64,000 nucleotides of DNA. Source: the human T2T-CHM13v2.0 reference genome, Homo sapiens. The position numbers and the translations under genes are program-made. Every line of letters begins with the position of its first letter. Position 1 is the stretch's first letter. Shown piece by piece: positions 1 through 12,900 of this stretch. Under the pieces are notes generated by a model. It did not search any database and was not told the DNA's origin. It saw nothing but the letters and a program-made list of their open reading frames with translations. The stretch is taken from assembly GCF_009914755.1 (NCBI RefSeq), contig NC_060935.1. One strand, 5' to 3'.

Positions 1-3000
1 ACTTGGGTGTGCATTGAGGCCTGTGGTGAAAAAGCAAATATCTTCAGGAAAAAAGTGAGAAAGAAGCTTTCTAAGAGACTGCTTTGTGATATGTTTGTGT
101 TCATCAAACAGAGTTAAAACTTTCACTGGATTAACCAGTTGGGAAACACTGTTTTTGTAGAATCTGTGAAGGAATATTTGATAGCTCATTGAGTCCATAG
201 GGGTAATACCAAAAATCCCAGGATAAAAACTAGCAGGAAGCTATCTGAGAAACCCCCTTATGATGTTTGCATTCATCTCTGAAAGTTAAAACTTCCATTT
301 CATGCAGCAGTTTGGAAACACTATTTTGGTAGTACCTACAAACAGACATTTGGGAACACATGGAATCCTAAGGTGAAAAAGGAAATAACGTCAGATGAAA
401 ACTAGAAAGAAGCTTTCTTAGAACTGCATTGCGTTGTGTGCATTCCTCTCACAATGTCAAAACTTTCTTTGGATTCAGTAGTATGGAAGCACTGTTTTTG
501 TAGAATGTGTGAAGGGATATTTGGGAGCCCATTGAGGCCAAAGTCAAAAAAGTGAATATTCCAGCATAAAAACTAAAAGGAAGCTATGGGAGAAACTGCT
601 TTGCAATGTGAGCATTCATCTCTTAAAGTTAAACCTTTCTTTTCATTCAGCAGTTTGGAAACACTGTTTTGGTAGAATCAGCAAAGGCATATTTGTCAGC
701 AAAGGCATATTTGTGACCTCATTGAGGCCTATGGTGAATAAGGAAATATCTTCAGATGAAAACTAGAAAGAAGCTTTCTGAGAAACAGCTTTGTGATGTG
801 TTCAGTAATCTCACAGAGTTAAATATTTCTTTTGATTCCGCTAACTGGTAACACTGTCTTTTTCCATTCTGCAAATGGACATTTGGGAGCTCATTGAGCA
901 CAATGGTGAAAAAGTGGATATTCCAGGATAAAAACTAGAAGAAAGTTATCTGAGAAACCAATTTTTGACAGGTGCATTCATCTTGCAGAGTTAAAACTTT
1001 CTTTTCATTCAGCAGTGCGGAAACTCTGATTTTGTACAATCTGCAAAGGGATATATGAGAGGGAATTGTGGCCTATTGTGAAAAAAAAATCTTCAGACAA
1101 AAATTCGAAAAAACTTTTCTGAGAAACTGCTTTGTGAGGTGTGCATTCACCTCACAGAGGTAAACCTTTCTTTGGATTCAGCAGTTTGGAAATACTGATT
1201 TTGTAGAATCTCAGAAGAGATATTAGATAGCTGCATTCTTCTCACAGAGTTAAAACTTTCTTTTCAATGAGCAGTTTGGAAACACTGTTTTTGTGGAATC
1301 TGTGAAGGGATATTTGGGAGCACATTTAGGCCTATGGTAGAAAAGGAAAAATCTTCAGATAAAAACTAGAAAGAAGCTTTCTGAGAAACTGCTTTGTGAT
1401 GTATGCTTTCATCTCACAGAGTGAAAACTTTCTTTGGATTCAGCAGTTTGGAAACAGTTTTTGTCCATTCTGTGAATGGACATTTGAGAGATCATTAAGG
1501 CTGAAGGTGAAAAAGCAAATATCCCAGGATAAAAACTAGATGGAAGCTAACTGAGAAACCTGTTTTTGGTGTGTGCATTCATCTCACAGAGTTAAAGCTT
1601 TCTTTTCATTGAGCAGTGTGGAAAAACTATATTGGCAGAATCTGAAAGTGGATATTTTGGAGAGCATTGAGGCCTAGGTGAAAAAGGAAATATCTTCAGA
1701 TAAAAAACAGAAAGAAGCTTTCTAAGAAACTGCTTTGTGATGTGGACATTCATCTCACAAGGTCAAATATTTATTTGGATTCATCAGTTTGGAAACACTG
1801 TTTTTGTCCATTCTGTGAATGGACATTCAAGAGTTCATTGAAACCAATGGTGAAAAAGTGAATATCCCAATATACAATATAGAAGAAACCTATCTGACAT
1901 GCTGATGTGTGCGCTCATCTCACAGAGGTAAACCTTTCTTTGGATTCAGCCATTTGGAAACACTGTATTTTTAGAATTTGTGAAGAGACATTTGGGAGTG
2001 TATTGACGGCTATGGTGAAAAAAGAAACATCTTCACATAAATAATAGAAAGAAAAATTCCGACAAACTGCTTTGTGATGTGTGCATTCATCTCACAGAGT
2101 TAAACCTTTCTTTGGATTTAGTAATTTGGAAAAACTGTTTTTGTTCATTCTGTGAACGGACATTTAAGGGTTCATTGAGGCCGATGGCAAAAAAGTGAAT
2201 ATCTGAGGATAAAAACTATAACGAAGCTCTCTGAGGAACTGCTTTCAAATGTGTGCATTCATCTCACAGAGTTAAACCTTTCTTTACATTCAGCAGTTTA
2301 GAAACACAGTTTTTGTAGAATCTGCAAAGGGATGTTTGGGAACACATTTACAAGCATGGTGAAAAAGGAAATATCTTCAGATAAACACAAGACAGAAGCT
2401 TTCTGAGAACATGCTTTGTGATGTGTGCATTGTTGTCCCAAGGTTAGAACTTTGTTTTGATTCGGTAGTTGGGAAACACTGTTTTTGTAGTATCTGCAAA
2501 GGGATATTAAGGAGGGAATCAAGGCCGATGGTGAAAAAGGAAATATCTTCAGATTAAAAATTATAAAGAAGCTTTCTGAGACACTGCTTTGTGAAGAGTG
2601 CATTAATCTCACAGAGATAAAACTTTCTTTGGATTCACTAGTTTGCAAAACCTGTATTTGTAGAATCTGCTAAGGAATATTTGATAGCTCATTCAGGCCA
2701 AAGGCCAAAAAACAACTCTCAGAGGATGAAAACTAGATGGAAGCTATCTGAGAAACTGCTTTGTGATGTGTGAATTCATCTCAGGGATAAAAACCATTCT
2801 TTTCATTCAGCAGTTTGGAAACACTGTTTTGGTAGAATCTGCAAATGGATATTTGGGAGTGCATTGAAGCCTATGGTTAAAAAGTAAATATCTTCAGATA
2901 AAAACTGGAAAGCAGCTTTCTGAGAAACTGGTTTGTGATGTATCCATTCATCTCACAGAGTTAAACCTTTCTTTTCATTCAGAAGTTTGGAAACACTGTT

Positions 3001-6000
3001 ATGGCAGAATTTGTGAAGGGAAATTTGGGAGCGCATTGAGGATTATGATGAAAAAGGAAATATCTTCAGAGAAAAACTAGAAAAAAGATTTCTGAGAAAC
3101 TGCTTTGTGATGTGCACATTCATCTCACATAGTTAAAAGTTTCTTTGTATTCAGCAGTATGGAAATACTGTTTTTTTTTTAGAATCTGCAAAGGCATATT
3201 TGATAGCTCATAGAGGCCACAGGAGAAAAAGCTAATATCCCAAGATAAAAACTAGAAGGAAGTTACCTGAAAAACTGCCTTGTGATGTGTGCATTAATCT
3301 CGCAGTGTTAAACCTTTCTTTTCATTCAGCATTTGGAAACATTGTTTTGGTAGAATCTTTTAAGGGATATTTCTTAAAGCATTGACTCCTATAGTAAAAA
3401 AGGAAATATCTTTAGATGAAAAATAGAAAGAAGCTTTATGAGAAACTGCTTTGTGATGTTTGCATTCATCTCACAAAGTTCAAACTTTCTTTGGATTCAA
3501 AAGTCTGCAAACACTGCATTTGTAGAATCTGCAAAGGGATATTTGATAGCTCTTTCAGACCATAGGCTAAAAAGCAAATATCCCAGGATAAAAATGAGAT
3601 GGAAGATATCTGAGAAAGTGCTTGGTGACATGTGCATTCATCTCGCAGAGTTAAACCTTTCCTTTCATTCCACAGTTTGAAAACACTGTTTTTGTAGAGT
3701 CTGTGAAGGGATATTTGGGAGCGCTTTGAGGCCTATGGTGAAAATGGAAATATCTTCAGATAAAAACTAGACAGAAGATTTCTGAGAATCTGCTTTGTGA
3801 TGCGTGCATTCATTTCACAGAGTTAAATCTTTCTTTAGATTCAGCAGTTTGGAAACACTGTTTTTGTCAATTCTGTGAAAGGACATTTTGGAGCTCATTG
3901 AGGTCAGTGGTGAAAAAGCGAATATCCCAAGATAAAAACTAGAAGGAAGCTATTTGTGAAACGGTTTTGTGATGTGTGGATTCATCTCAGAAGTTAAACT
4001 GTTCCTTTCATTCAGCAGTTTGGAAACATTGTTTTTGTAGAATTTATGAAGACATATTTGAGAGCACATTAAGGCCTATTTTGAAAAAGGAAACATATTC
4101 AGATAAAAACTAGAAAGAAGCATTCTGAGAAACTGCATCATGATGTGTTCATTCATCTTTCAGAGTTAAACCATTCTTTGTATTCAGCACTTTTTTTTAA
4201 CACTGTTTCTGTCCATTCAGTGAAAGGATATTTGGGAGCTCATCGAGGCCAATGGCAAAAAAGTGAATATCCCAGGATAAAAACCTGAAGACAGCTATCT
4301 GAGAAACTGCTTTACGATGTGTGCATTCATCTTGCAGGGTTACACGTTTCTTTTCATTCAGCAGCTTGGAAACCCTGCTTTGGTAGAATCTGCAAAGGGA
4401 CATTTGGGATCACAATGAGGCTTATCATGAGAAAGGAAACATCTTTTGATGAAATCAAGAAAGAAGTTTTCTTAGAAACTGCTTTGTGATGTGTGCATTC
4501 ATGTCATAGGGTTAAAACATTTCTTGCATTCAGTAGGTTGGAAACACTGTTTCTGTCGAACCTGTGAAGGTATATTTGACAGCTCATAGATGTTAAAGAC
4601 AAAAAAAAAAAAGAATATCCCTGGATAAAAGCTAAAAGAAAGCTATCTGAGAAACTGCTATGTGATGTGTGCATTCGTCTTGAAGAGTTAAACGTTTCTT
4701 TTCATTAAGCAATTTGGAAACACTGTTTTTATAGAATCTACAAAAAGATATTTGAGACCGCATTGAGTCCTTTTATGAAAAAGGATATATCTTCAGATAA
4801 AAACTAGAAAGACGTTTTCTGAGAAACTGATTTGTGATGTGTGCACTCATCTCACAGAGTTAAATCTTTCTTTGGAATCAGCAGTGTGGAACCACTGTTT
4901 TTGTCCATTATATGAGTGGACATTTGGGAGCTCATTTAAGCCAATGGCAAAAAACCTAATATTCCAAGCTAATAACTAGAAAGAAGCTTTCTGAGAAACT
5001 GTTTTGTGATGTGTGCATTCATCTCACTGAATTTTAAATTCAGCAGTTTGGCAACACTGTTTTTGTAGAATCTGTGAAGGGATATTTGGGAGCGCATTGA
5101 GGCCTATGGTGCAAAAGGAAATATCTTCAGATAAAAACTAGAAAGAAGCTTTCTGAGAAAGTGCTTTATGATGTGTGTGTTCATCTCACAGAGTTAAAAC
5201 TTTCTTTGAATTCAGCTGTTTTAAAACACTCTTTTTGTTCATTCTGCAAATGGACATTTGGGAGCTCATTGAGGCCAATGGTGAAAATGAGAATATACTG
5301 GGATAAAAACCAGAAGGAAGCTATCTGAGAAACTGCTTTGTGATGTCTGCATTCATCTCCCAGAGTTTAATGTTTCTTTTCATTCAGCATTTGGAAACAC
5401 TATTTTTGTAGAATCTGTGAAGGGATATTTTGGAGCACATTGAGGCCTAGGGTGAAGATAGAAATACATTCAGATAAAAACTAGAAAGAAACTTTCTGAG
5501 TAACTGCATTGTGATGTGAGAATTCACCACAGAGAGTAAAACCTTTATTTGGATTCGTCTGTTTGAAACATTGTTTTTGTCCATTCTGTAAATGGACATT
5601 TGGGATCTCTTTGAGGCCAATGGCCAAAAGGTGAATATCCCAGGATAAAAACTAAAAGGAAGCTATCTTAGAAACTGCTTAGTGATGTGTGTGTTCATCT
5701 TGCAGAGTTAAACCCTTCTTTTCATTCAGCAGTTTGGAAACAATGTATTGATAGAATCCATGAAGGGGCTTTTGGGAATGCATGGAGGCCTATGGTGAAA
5801 AAAGAAACATTTTCAGATAAAAAGAAAAAATAAGCTTTCTGAGGAACTGCTTTAAGATGTTTGCATTCATCTCAGAGAGTTAATCTTTTCTTTGTATTCA
5901 GCAGTTTGGAAATACTGTTTTTGTAGTTTGAAGTTTAGAAAAACTTTTTGTAGCATATCCGAAGTGACGTTTGGGTGCTCATTGAGGCCCAAGGTGAAAA

Positions 6001-6952
6001 AGAAAATATCCCAGGATAAAAAATATTAGCATGCTATCTGAGAAACAGCTTTGTTATTTGTGCATTCAGCTTACAGAGTTAAACTTTCTTTTCATTCAGC
6101 ATTTTGAAACTATTTTTTGGTAGAATCTGTGAAGGGATATTTGGGAGGGCATTAAAGCCTATGGTGAAAAAGAAAGTATCTTCAGACAAAAACTAGAAAG
6201 AATCTTTCTGAGAAACTACTTTGTGATGTGTGAGTTCATCTCACAAAGTTAAACCTTTGTTTGGATTCAGCAGCTTGGAAACAATGTTTTGTAGAATCCG
6301 CAAAAGGATACTATTTAGCTCATTGAGGCCAAATGCAAAAAGAGAATATCCCAGGATAAAAACTAGAAGAAAGCTATCTGAGAAAATGCTTTGTGATGTT
6401 TGCATTCATCTCATAGTGTCAGACCTTTCTGTTCATTCAGCACTTTGGAAACACTGTTTTCCTAGAAACTGCGAAGGGATATTTCTGAGCTCATTGTGGT
6501 CTACATTGAAAGAGGAAATATCTTCAGGTAAAAACTAGAAATAAGCTTTCTGAGAAACTTCTTTGTGATGTGTGTATTCATCTCACAGAGTTAAACTATT
6601 CTTTGGATTCAGCAGTTTGGAAACGCTGTTTTTGTCCTTTCTGTGAAAGGACATCTTGGAGCTCATTGAAGCCAATGGTGAAAAAGGGAATATTCCAGGT
6701 TAAAAAGTGGAAGGATGCTATCAGAGAAACTGCTTTGTGATGTGCAAATTCAATTCACAGAAGTAAACCTTTATTTTCATTAGACAGTTTGGAAACACTG
6801 TTTTGGTAGATTCTGCAAAAGGATATTGGGAAGTGAACTGAGACCTATGGTAAAAAATTAAATATATTCAGATGAAAACCAGAAAGAAGCTTTTAGAGAA
6901 ACTGCTTTTTGATGTGTGCATTCATCTCACAGAATTAAAGTCGTCTTTTCAT
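1..6952 (+). repeat. Diverged alpha satellite, block 1 (forward orientation)
   Basis: ~171-bp periodic motif ...gaagctttctgagaaactgctttgtgatgtgtgcattcatctcacagagttaaac...; two alternating monomer types (aaggaaatatcttcagata vs aagtgaatatcccaggata); many substitutions and indels between neighbours. Confidence 0.97.
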
Positions 6953-9900
6953 ATAGATAGCTTCCTTCTAGTTTTTATAGTGGGATATTTGCTTTTTCAT
7001 GATTGGCCTCAATGAGCTCCCAAATGTCCATTCACAGAATGGACAAAAACAGTGTTTACAAACTTTTGAATCCAAAGAAAGCTTTAAATCTGTGACATGA
7101 ATGCATATATCACAAAGCAGTTTCTCAGAAAGCTTCTTTTGAGTTTTTATCTGAAGATGTTACCTTTTTCACCTTAGGCCTTAATGTGCTCCCAAATATA
7201 CTTTCACAGATTTTACAAAAACATGGTTTCCAAACTGCTGAATGAAAAGAAAGTATTAACTCCACGAGATGAATGCACACATCACAAAGCGGTTTTTCAG
7301 ATAGCATCCTTCTACTTTTTAACCTGGGATATTCTCTTTTTTGCCTATCACTTCAATGAGCTAATATCCATTTGCAGATTCTACAAAAACATTGTTTCCA
7401 AGCTGATGAATCCATAGAAACTTTTAACTCTGTAAGGTGAATGCACACATCTCAAAGCAGTTTCTCAGAAAGCTTCTTTCTAGTTTTTATCTGAAGATAT
7501 TACCTATTTTTCTATAGGCCCCAATGCACTCCCCAATATCCCTTCAGAGATTCTACCAAAACAGTGCTTCCAAATGGCTGAATGAAAAGAAAAATTTATC
7601 GGTATGAGATAAATGCACACATAACAAAGTGGTTTCTCAGATAGCTTTCTTCTAGTTTTTATCCTTGGATATTCACTTTTTCACCTATGGACTCAATGAG
7701 CTAGCTATTGTCCCTTCACAGTGTCTCTGAAAGCTTCTTTCCAGTTTTCATCTGGAAATATTACATTTTTTCCATAGGTCTCAAGGCACTCCCAAATATC
7801 CCTTTGAAGATTCTACCAAAACAGTGTTTCCAAACTGCTAAATGTAAAGAAATGTTTAACTGTGTGAGATGAATGCACACATCACAAAGCAGTATCTCAG
7901 ATGGCTTTCTTCTAGTTTTTATCCTTGGATAGAGGATTTTTCACCTTTGACCTCAATGAGCTAAAAGATGTACATTCATAGACTGTACAAAAACAGTGTT
8001 TCCCAACTGCTGAATCCAAGGAAAATTTTAACTCTGTGAGACAAATGCACACATCACAAAGCAGTTTCTCATAAAATTTCTTTCTAGTTATTATCTTAAT
8101 ATATTTCCTTTTTCACCATAGCCCTCAATGCACTGAAAAATATCCCTTCAAAGATTCTACAAAAACAGTGTTTCCAAACAGTTGTATGAAAAGAAAGGTT
8201 TAACTCTGTGAGGTGAATACACAAATCACAAAGCGGTTTCTCACATAGGTTCCTTCTAGTTTTTATCCAGGGATATTCTCTTTTTCAAATTTGGCCACAA
8301 AGAGCTCCAAATATCCCTTTGCAGATACAGCAAAAACAGTGTTTCCAAACTGCTGAATAGAAAAAAAATGTTTAACTCTATCAGATGAATGCACACATCA
8401 CAAACCAGTGTCTCAGATATCTTCTTTCTAGTTTTCATCTGAAGATACTTCCTTTTTCACAGTATACCTCTATACGCACCAAAATATCCCTTTGCAGATT
8501 CTACCAAAACAGCATATGCAAAGAGCTGAATCCAAAGAAAGGTTTAGCTCAGTGAGTTGAATGCACACATCACAAAGCATTTTCTCAGAAAACTTCTTTC
8601 TAGTTTTTATCTGAAGTTATTTAATTTATAACCGTAGGACTCAATGCGCTCCCAAATATCCCTTCTCAGATTCTGCCAAAACAGTGTTTCTAAACCGTTG
8701 AATTAAAAGAAAATTTCAACTCTGGAAGATGAACGCACAGATCACAAAGCAGTTTCTCAGATAGCTTCCTTCTAGCTTGTATTCTTGTATATTCACTTTT
8801 TAGCCATTGGACTCAATGAGCTCCCAAATGTCCATTTGCAGAATGAACAAAACAGTGTTTCCAAACTGCTCAATTCAATGAAAGGTTTAATGCTGTGAGA
8901 TGAATGCCCACATCATTTAGCAGTTTCACAGAAAGCTTCTTTCTAGTTTTTATCTGAAGATTTTTCCTTTTTCACTGTAGGCCTAAATGGGCTCCCAAAT
9001 ATCCCTTTGCAGTATCTACAAAACAAGTGTTTCCAAACTGCTGAATGAAAAGGAAGGTTTAACTCTGCCACGTGAATGCAAACATCAAAAATTGTTTTCT
9101 CAGAAAGCTTCCTTCTAGTTTTTATCTTTGGATATTCACTTTTTGCATTTGGCCTCAATGAGCTCCCAACTATCCCTTCACTGATCCTACAACAACAGTG
9201 TTTCCAAACTGCTGAATCCAAGGAAAAGTTTAACTCTGTGAGATTAATGTACACACAATAAAGCAGTGTCTCAGAAAGTTTCTTTCTAGTTTTAAAATGA
9301 AGATATTTCTTTTTTCACCATAGGCCTCAATGCACTCCCAAATATCCCTTTGCACATGCTACATTAATAGTGTTCCCAAACTGTTCAATGAAAAGAACAT
9401 TTTAACTCTGTTAGAAGAATGCAAACATCACAAAGGGGATTCTCAGATAGCTCCCTTCTTGTTTTTATCCTAGGATATTAGCTTTTTGCCTTTGGCCTCA
9501 ATGAGTTACCAAATATCCCTTCACAGATTTTACAAAGCAGTGTTTCCAAACTGCTGAATGGAAAAAAAAATTTAACTCTATGAGATGAACGCACACATCA
9601 CAAAGTGGTTCTCAGATAGCTTCTTTATAGTTTTCATCTGAAGATATTTCCTTTTTTACAGTACACTTCTATGCACTCCCAAATATCCATTTGCAGATTC
9701 TAACAAAAGAGTGTTTCCAAACTGCTGAATGAAAAGAAAGGTTTAATTCTGTAAAATGAATGCACACATCACAAAGTGGTTTCTCAGATAACTTCCTTGT
9801 AGTTTTTGTCATGGGATATATGCTTTTCCACCTTTAGCCTCAATGAGCTCCCAAAAGTCCCTTCACAGAATGGAGAAAAACAGTGTTTCTAAACTTCTGA

Positions 9901-12900
9901 ATCCAAAGAAAGGTTTAACTCTTTCAGACGTATGCACACATCAAAAAGCAATTTCTCAGAAAGCTTCTTCCAAGTTTTTATCTGTAGATATTTACTTTTT
10001 CATCATAGGCTTCAGTGTGCTCCCAAATATCCATTCACAGATTCTACCAAAACATGGTTTCTAACGTGCTGAATCAAAAGAAGTGTTTATCTCTGCCAGA
10101 GGAATGCATACATCACTAAGTGGTTTCTCAGAGAGTTCCTTTTAGTTTTTATCCTGGAACCTTTGCTTTTTCACCAATGGCCTCAATTAGCTATCTAATA
10201 TCCCTTTTCAGATTCTATGAAAACAGTGTTCCAAACTGCTGTTTCCAAAGAATGGTTTAACTCTATGACGTGAATGCACACATCACAAAGCAGTTTCTCA
10301 GAAAGATTCTTTCTAGTTTTTATCTGGAGATATTTCCTTTTTCACCATAGGCCTCAATGCACTGCCAAACATAACTTCGCAAATTGTACCAAAACCGTGT
10401 TTCCAAACTGATGAATGGAAAGAAAGGTTGAACTCTGTGAGATGAATGCACACACCACAAAGCAGTTTCTCAGATACCTTCCTTCTAGTTTTTGTCCTGG
10501 GATATTTGCTTTTTAGACTTTGGCCTCAATGAGCAATACAATATTCTTTTGCAGATTGTACAAAAACAGTTTTTCCAATCTGCAGAATCCCAAGAAAATT
10601 TTAACTCTGTGAGTTGAATGTACACATCAGAAAACAGATTCTCAGATTGTTTCTTTGTAGTATTTATCTGAAGATATTTCCTTTTTCACCATTGACCTCC
10701 ATGGGCTCCCAAATATCGCCTCGCAGATTCTACCAAAACAGTGTTTCCAAACTGCTGAATTGAAAACAAAGTTTTAATTCTGTAAAATGATTGCACACAC
10801 CAAGAAATGGTTTCTCAGATAGTTTCCTGCGAGTATTTATGCTGCAACATTTGCTTTTTTACCTTTGGCATCCATAAACTATCAAATATCCCTTTGCAGA
10901 TTCTACATAAACAGTGTTGCCAAACTGCTGAATTTAAAGAAAGGTTTAACTCTGTGAAATGAATGTAGACATCACAAAGCAGTTTCTCAGAAAGCTTCTT
11001 TCTATTTTTATCTGAAGATATTTCCTTTCTCACCATTGGCCTCAGTGCACTCCCTATAATACCTTCACAGGTTCTACTAAAATAGTGTTTCCAACAGCTG
11101 AATGAAAAGACAGGTTTTACTCTGTGGGATGAATGCACACATCACAAAGCGGTTTCTGAAATAGCTTCCTTCTAGTTTCTATTCTGGGATATTCTCTCTT
11201 TTGCGATAGGCCTCAAAGAGCTCCAAAATATTCCTCCACAGATTCTACAAAAACAGTGTTTCCAAATTGCTGAATCCCAAGAAAATTTCAACTCATTGAG
11301 GTGAATGCATGCATCACAAACCTGTTTCTCAGATAGCTTCCTTCTAGATTTTATCTTGAGATATTAGCTGTTTCATCTTCTTGCTCAATGAGCTCCCAAA
11401 TATCCCTTTGCAGATTCTACAAAAACAGTGTTTCCAAACTGCTGAATCCAAAAAAAGGTTTAACTCTGTGAGATGAATGCAAACATCCCAAAGCAGTTTC
11501 TCCGAATGATTTTTTTAGTTTTCATCTGAAAATATTTCATTCTTCACCATAAGCCTCAATGTACTACCAAATATCCCTTCACATATTCTACAAAAACAGT
11601 GTTTCAAAACTGATGAATGAAAAGACATTTTTAAATCTGTGAGATTAATGCACACATCAAAAAGTGGTTTCTCAGATGGCTTCCTTCTAGTTTTTATCCT
11701 GGGATATTCGCTCTTTCACAATTTGCCTCAATGAGCTCCCAAATGTCCATTTGCAGATTGACAAAGACAGTGTTTCCAAACAGCTGAAAGCATAGAAAAT
11801 TTGAACTCTGTGAGATGAATGCACACATGAAAGGCAGTTTCTCAGAGAGCTTCTTTCAAGTTTTTATCTGAAGATATTTCCTTTTTCACCATAGGCCTCA
11901 AAGTTCTCCCAAATATCGCTTTACCATTTTTACATAAATAGTGTTTCCACGGTGCTGAATAAAAAGAAAGTTTTAACTTGGTGAGAAGAATGCACACATC
12001 ACAAAGCAGTTTATCAGAAAGCTTTTTTTCTGGTTTTCATATAAAGATGTTTCCTATTCACCATAGACATCAAAGAACTCCCAGAAATCTCTTAAAATAT
12101 TCTACCAAACCAGGGCTTCCAAACTGATGAATGAAAAGATATGTTTATCTCTGTGAGATGAATGCACACAATACAAAGCGATTTCTCAGATAGGTTCCTT
12201 CTAGTTTTTATCCTGGGATAGTCACTTTTTCAACTATGGCCTTAATTATCTCCCAAATGTCCATTCACAGAATGGACAAAATCAGTGCTTCCAAACTGCT
12301 GAATGAAAGAAAGTTTTAACTCTGTGTGATGAATACATGCATCACAAAGCGGTTTCTCAGATGGCTTCCTTCTAGTTTTTATCTTGAGATATTCATTTTT
12401 TCACCTTGGACTCAATGAGCTTCCAATTATCCGTTTGCTGAATGGACAAAAACAGTTTTTGCAAACTACTGAGTCCAAAGAAAGGTTTAATTCTATGATA
12501 TGAATGCACGCATCACAAAGAACTTTCTCATAAAGCTTCTTTCTAGTTTTTATCTGAAGATATCTCCTTTTTCACCATATGTCTCAATGTGCTCCCAAAT
12601 ATTCCCTCACAGATTCTACAAAAACAGTGTTTCCAAACTGCTGAATGAAAAGAAATGTTTAGCTCTTTGAAATGAATGCACACATCACAAAGAGGTTTCT
12701 CAGTTAACTTCCTTCTAATTTTTATCCTGGGCTATTTTATTTTTCACCTTTGGCCTCAGTAAGCTCCCAAATGTCCATTCAGAGAATGGACAAAAACAGT
12801 GTTTCCTATCTGCTTAGTGAAAAGAAAGGTTTAACTCTGCCAGCTGAAGGCCCACATCAAAAAGCAATTTCTCTTATAGCTTCCTTCTACTTTTTATTCT

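Noticed and set aside
5915-5970. Irregular stretch gtagtttgaagtttagaaaaactttttgtagc as a foreign insertion
   Set aside because: Explained as a degenerate short duplication of the adjacent agtttggaaatactgtttttgtag.
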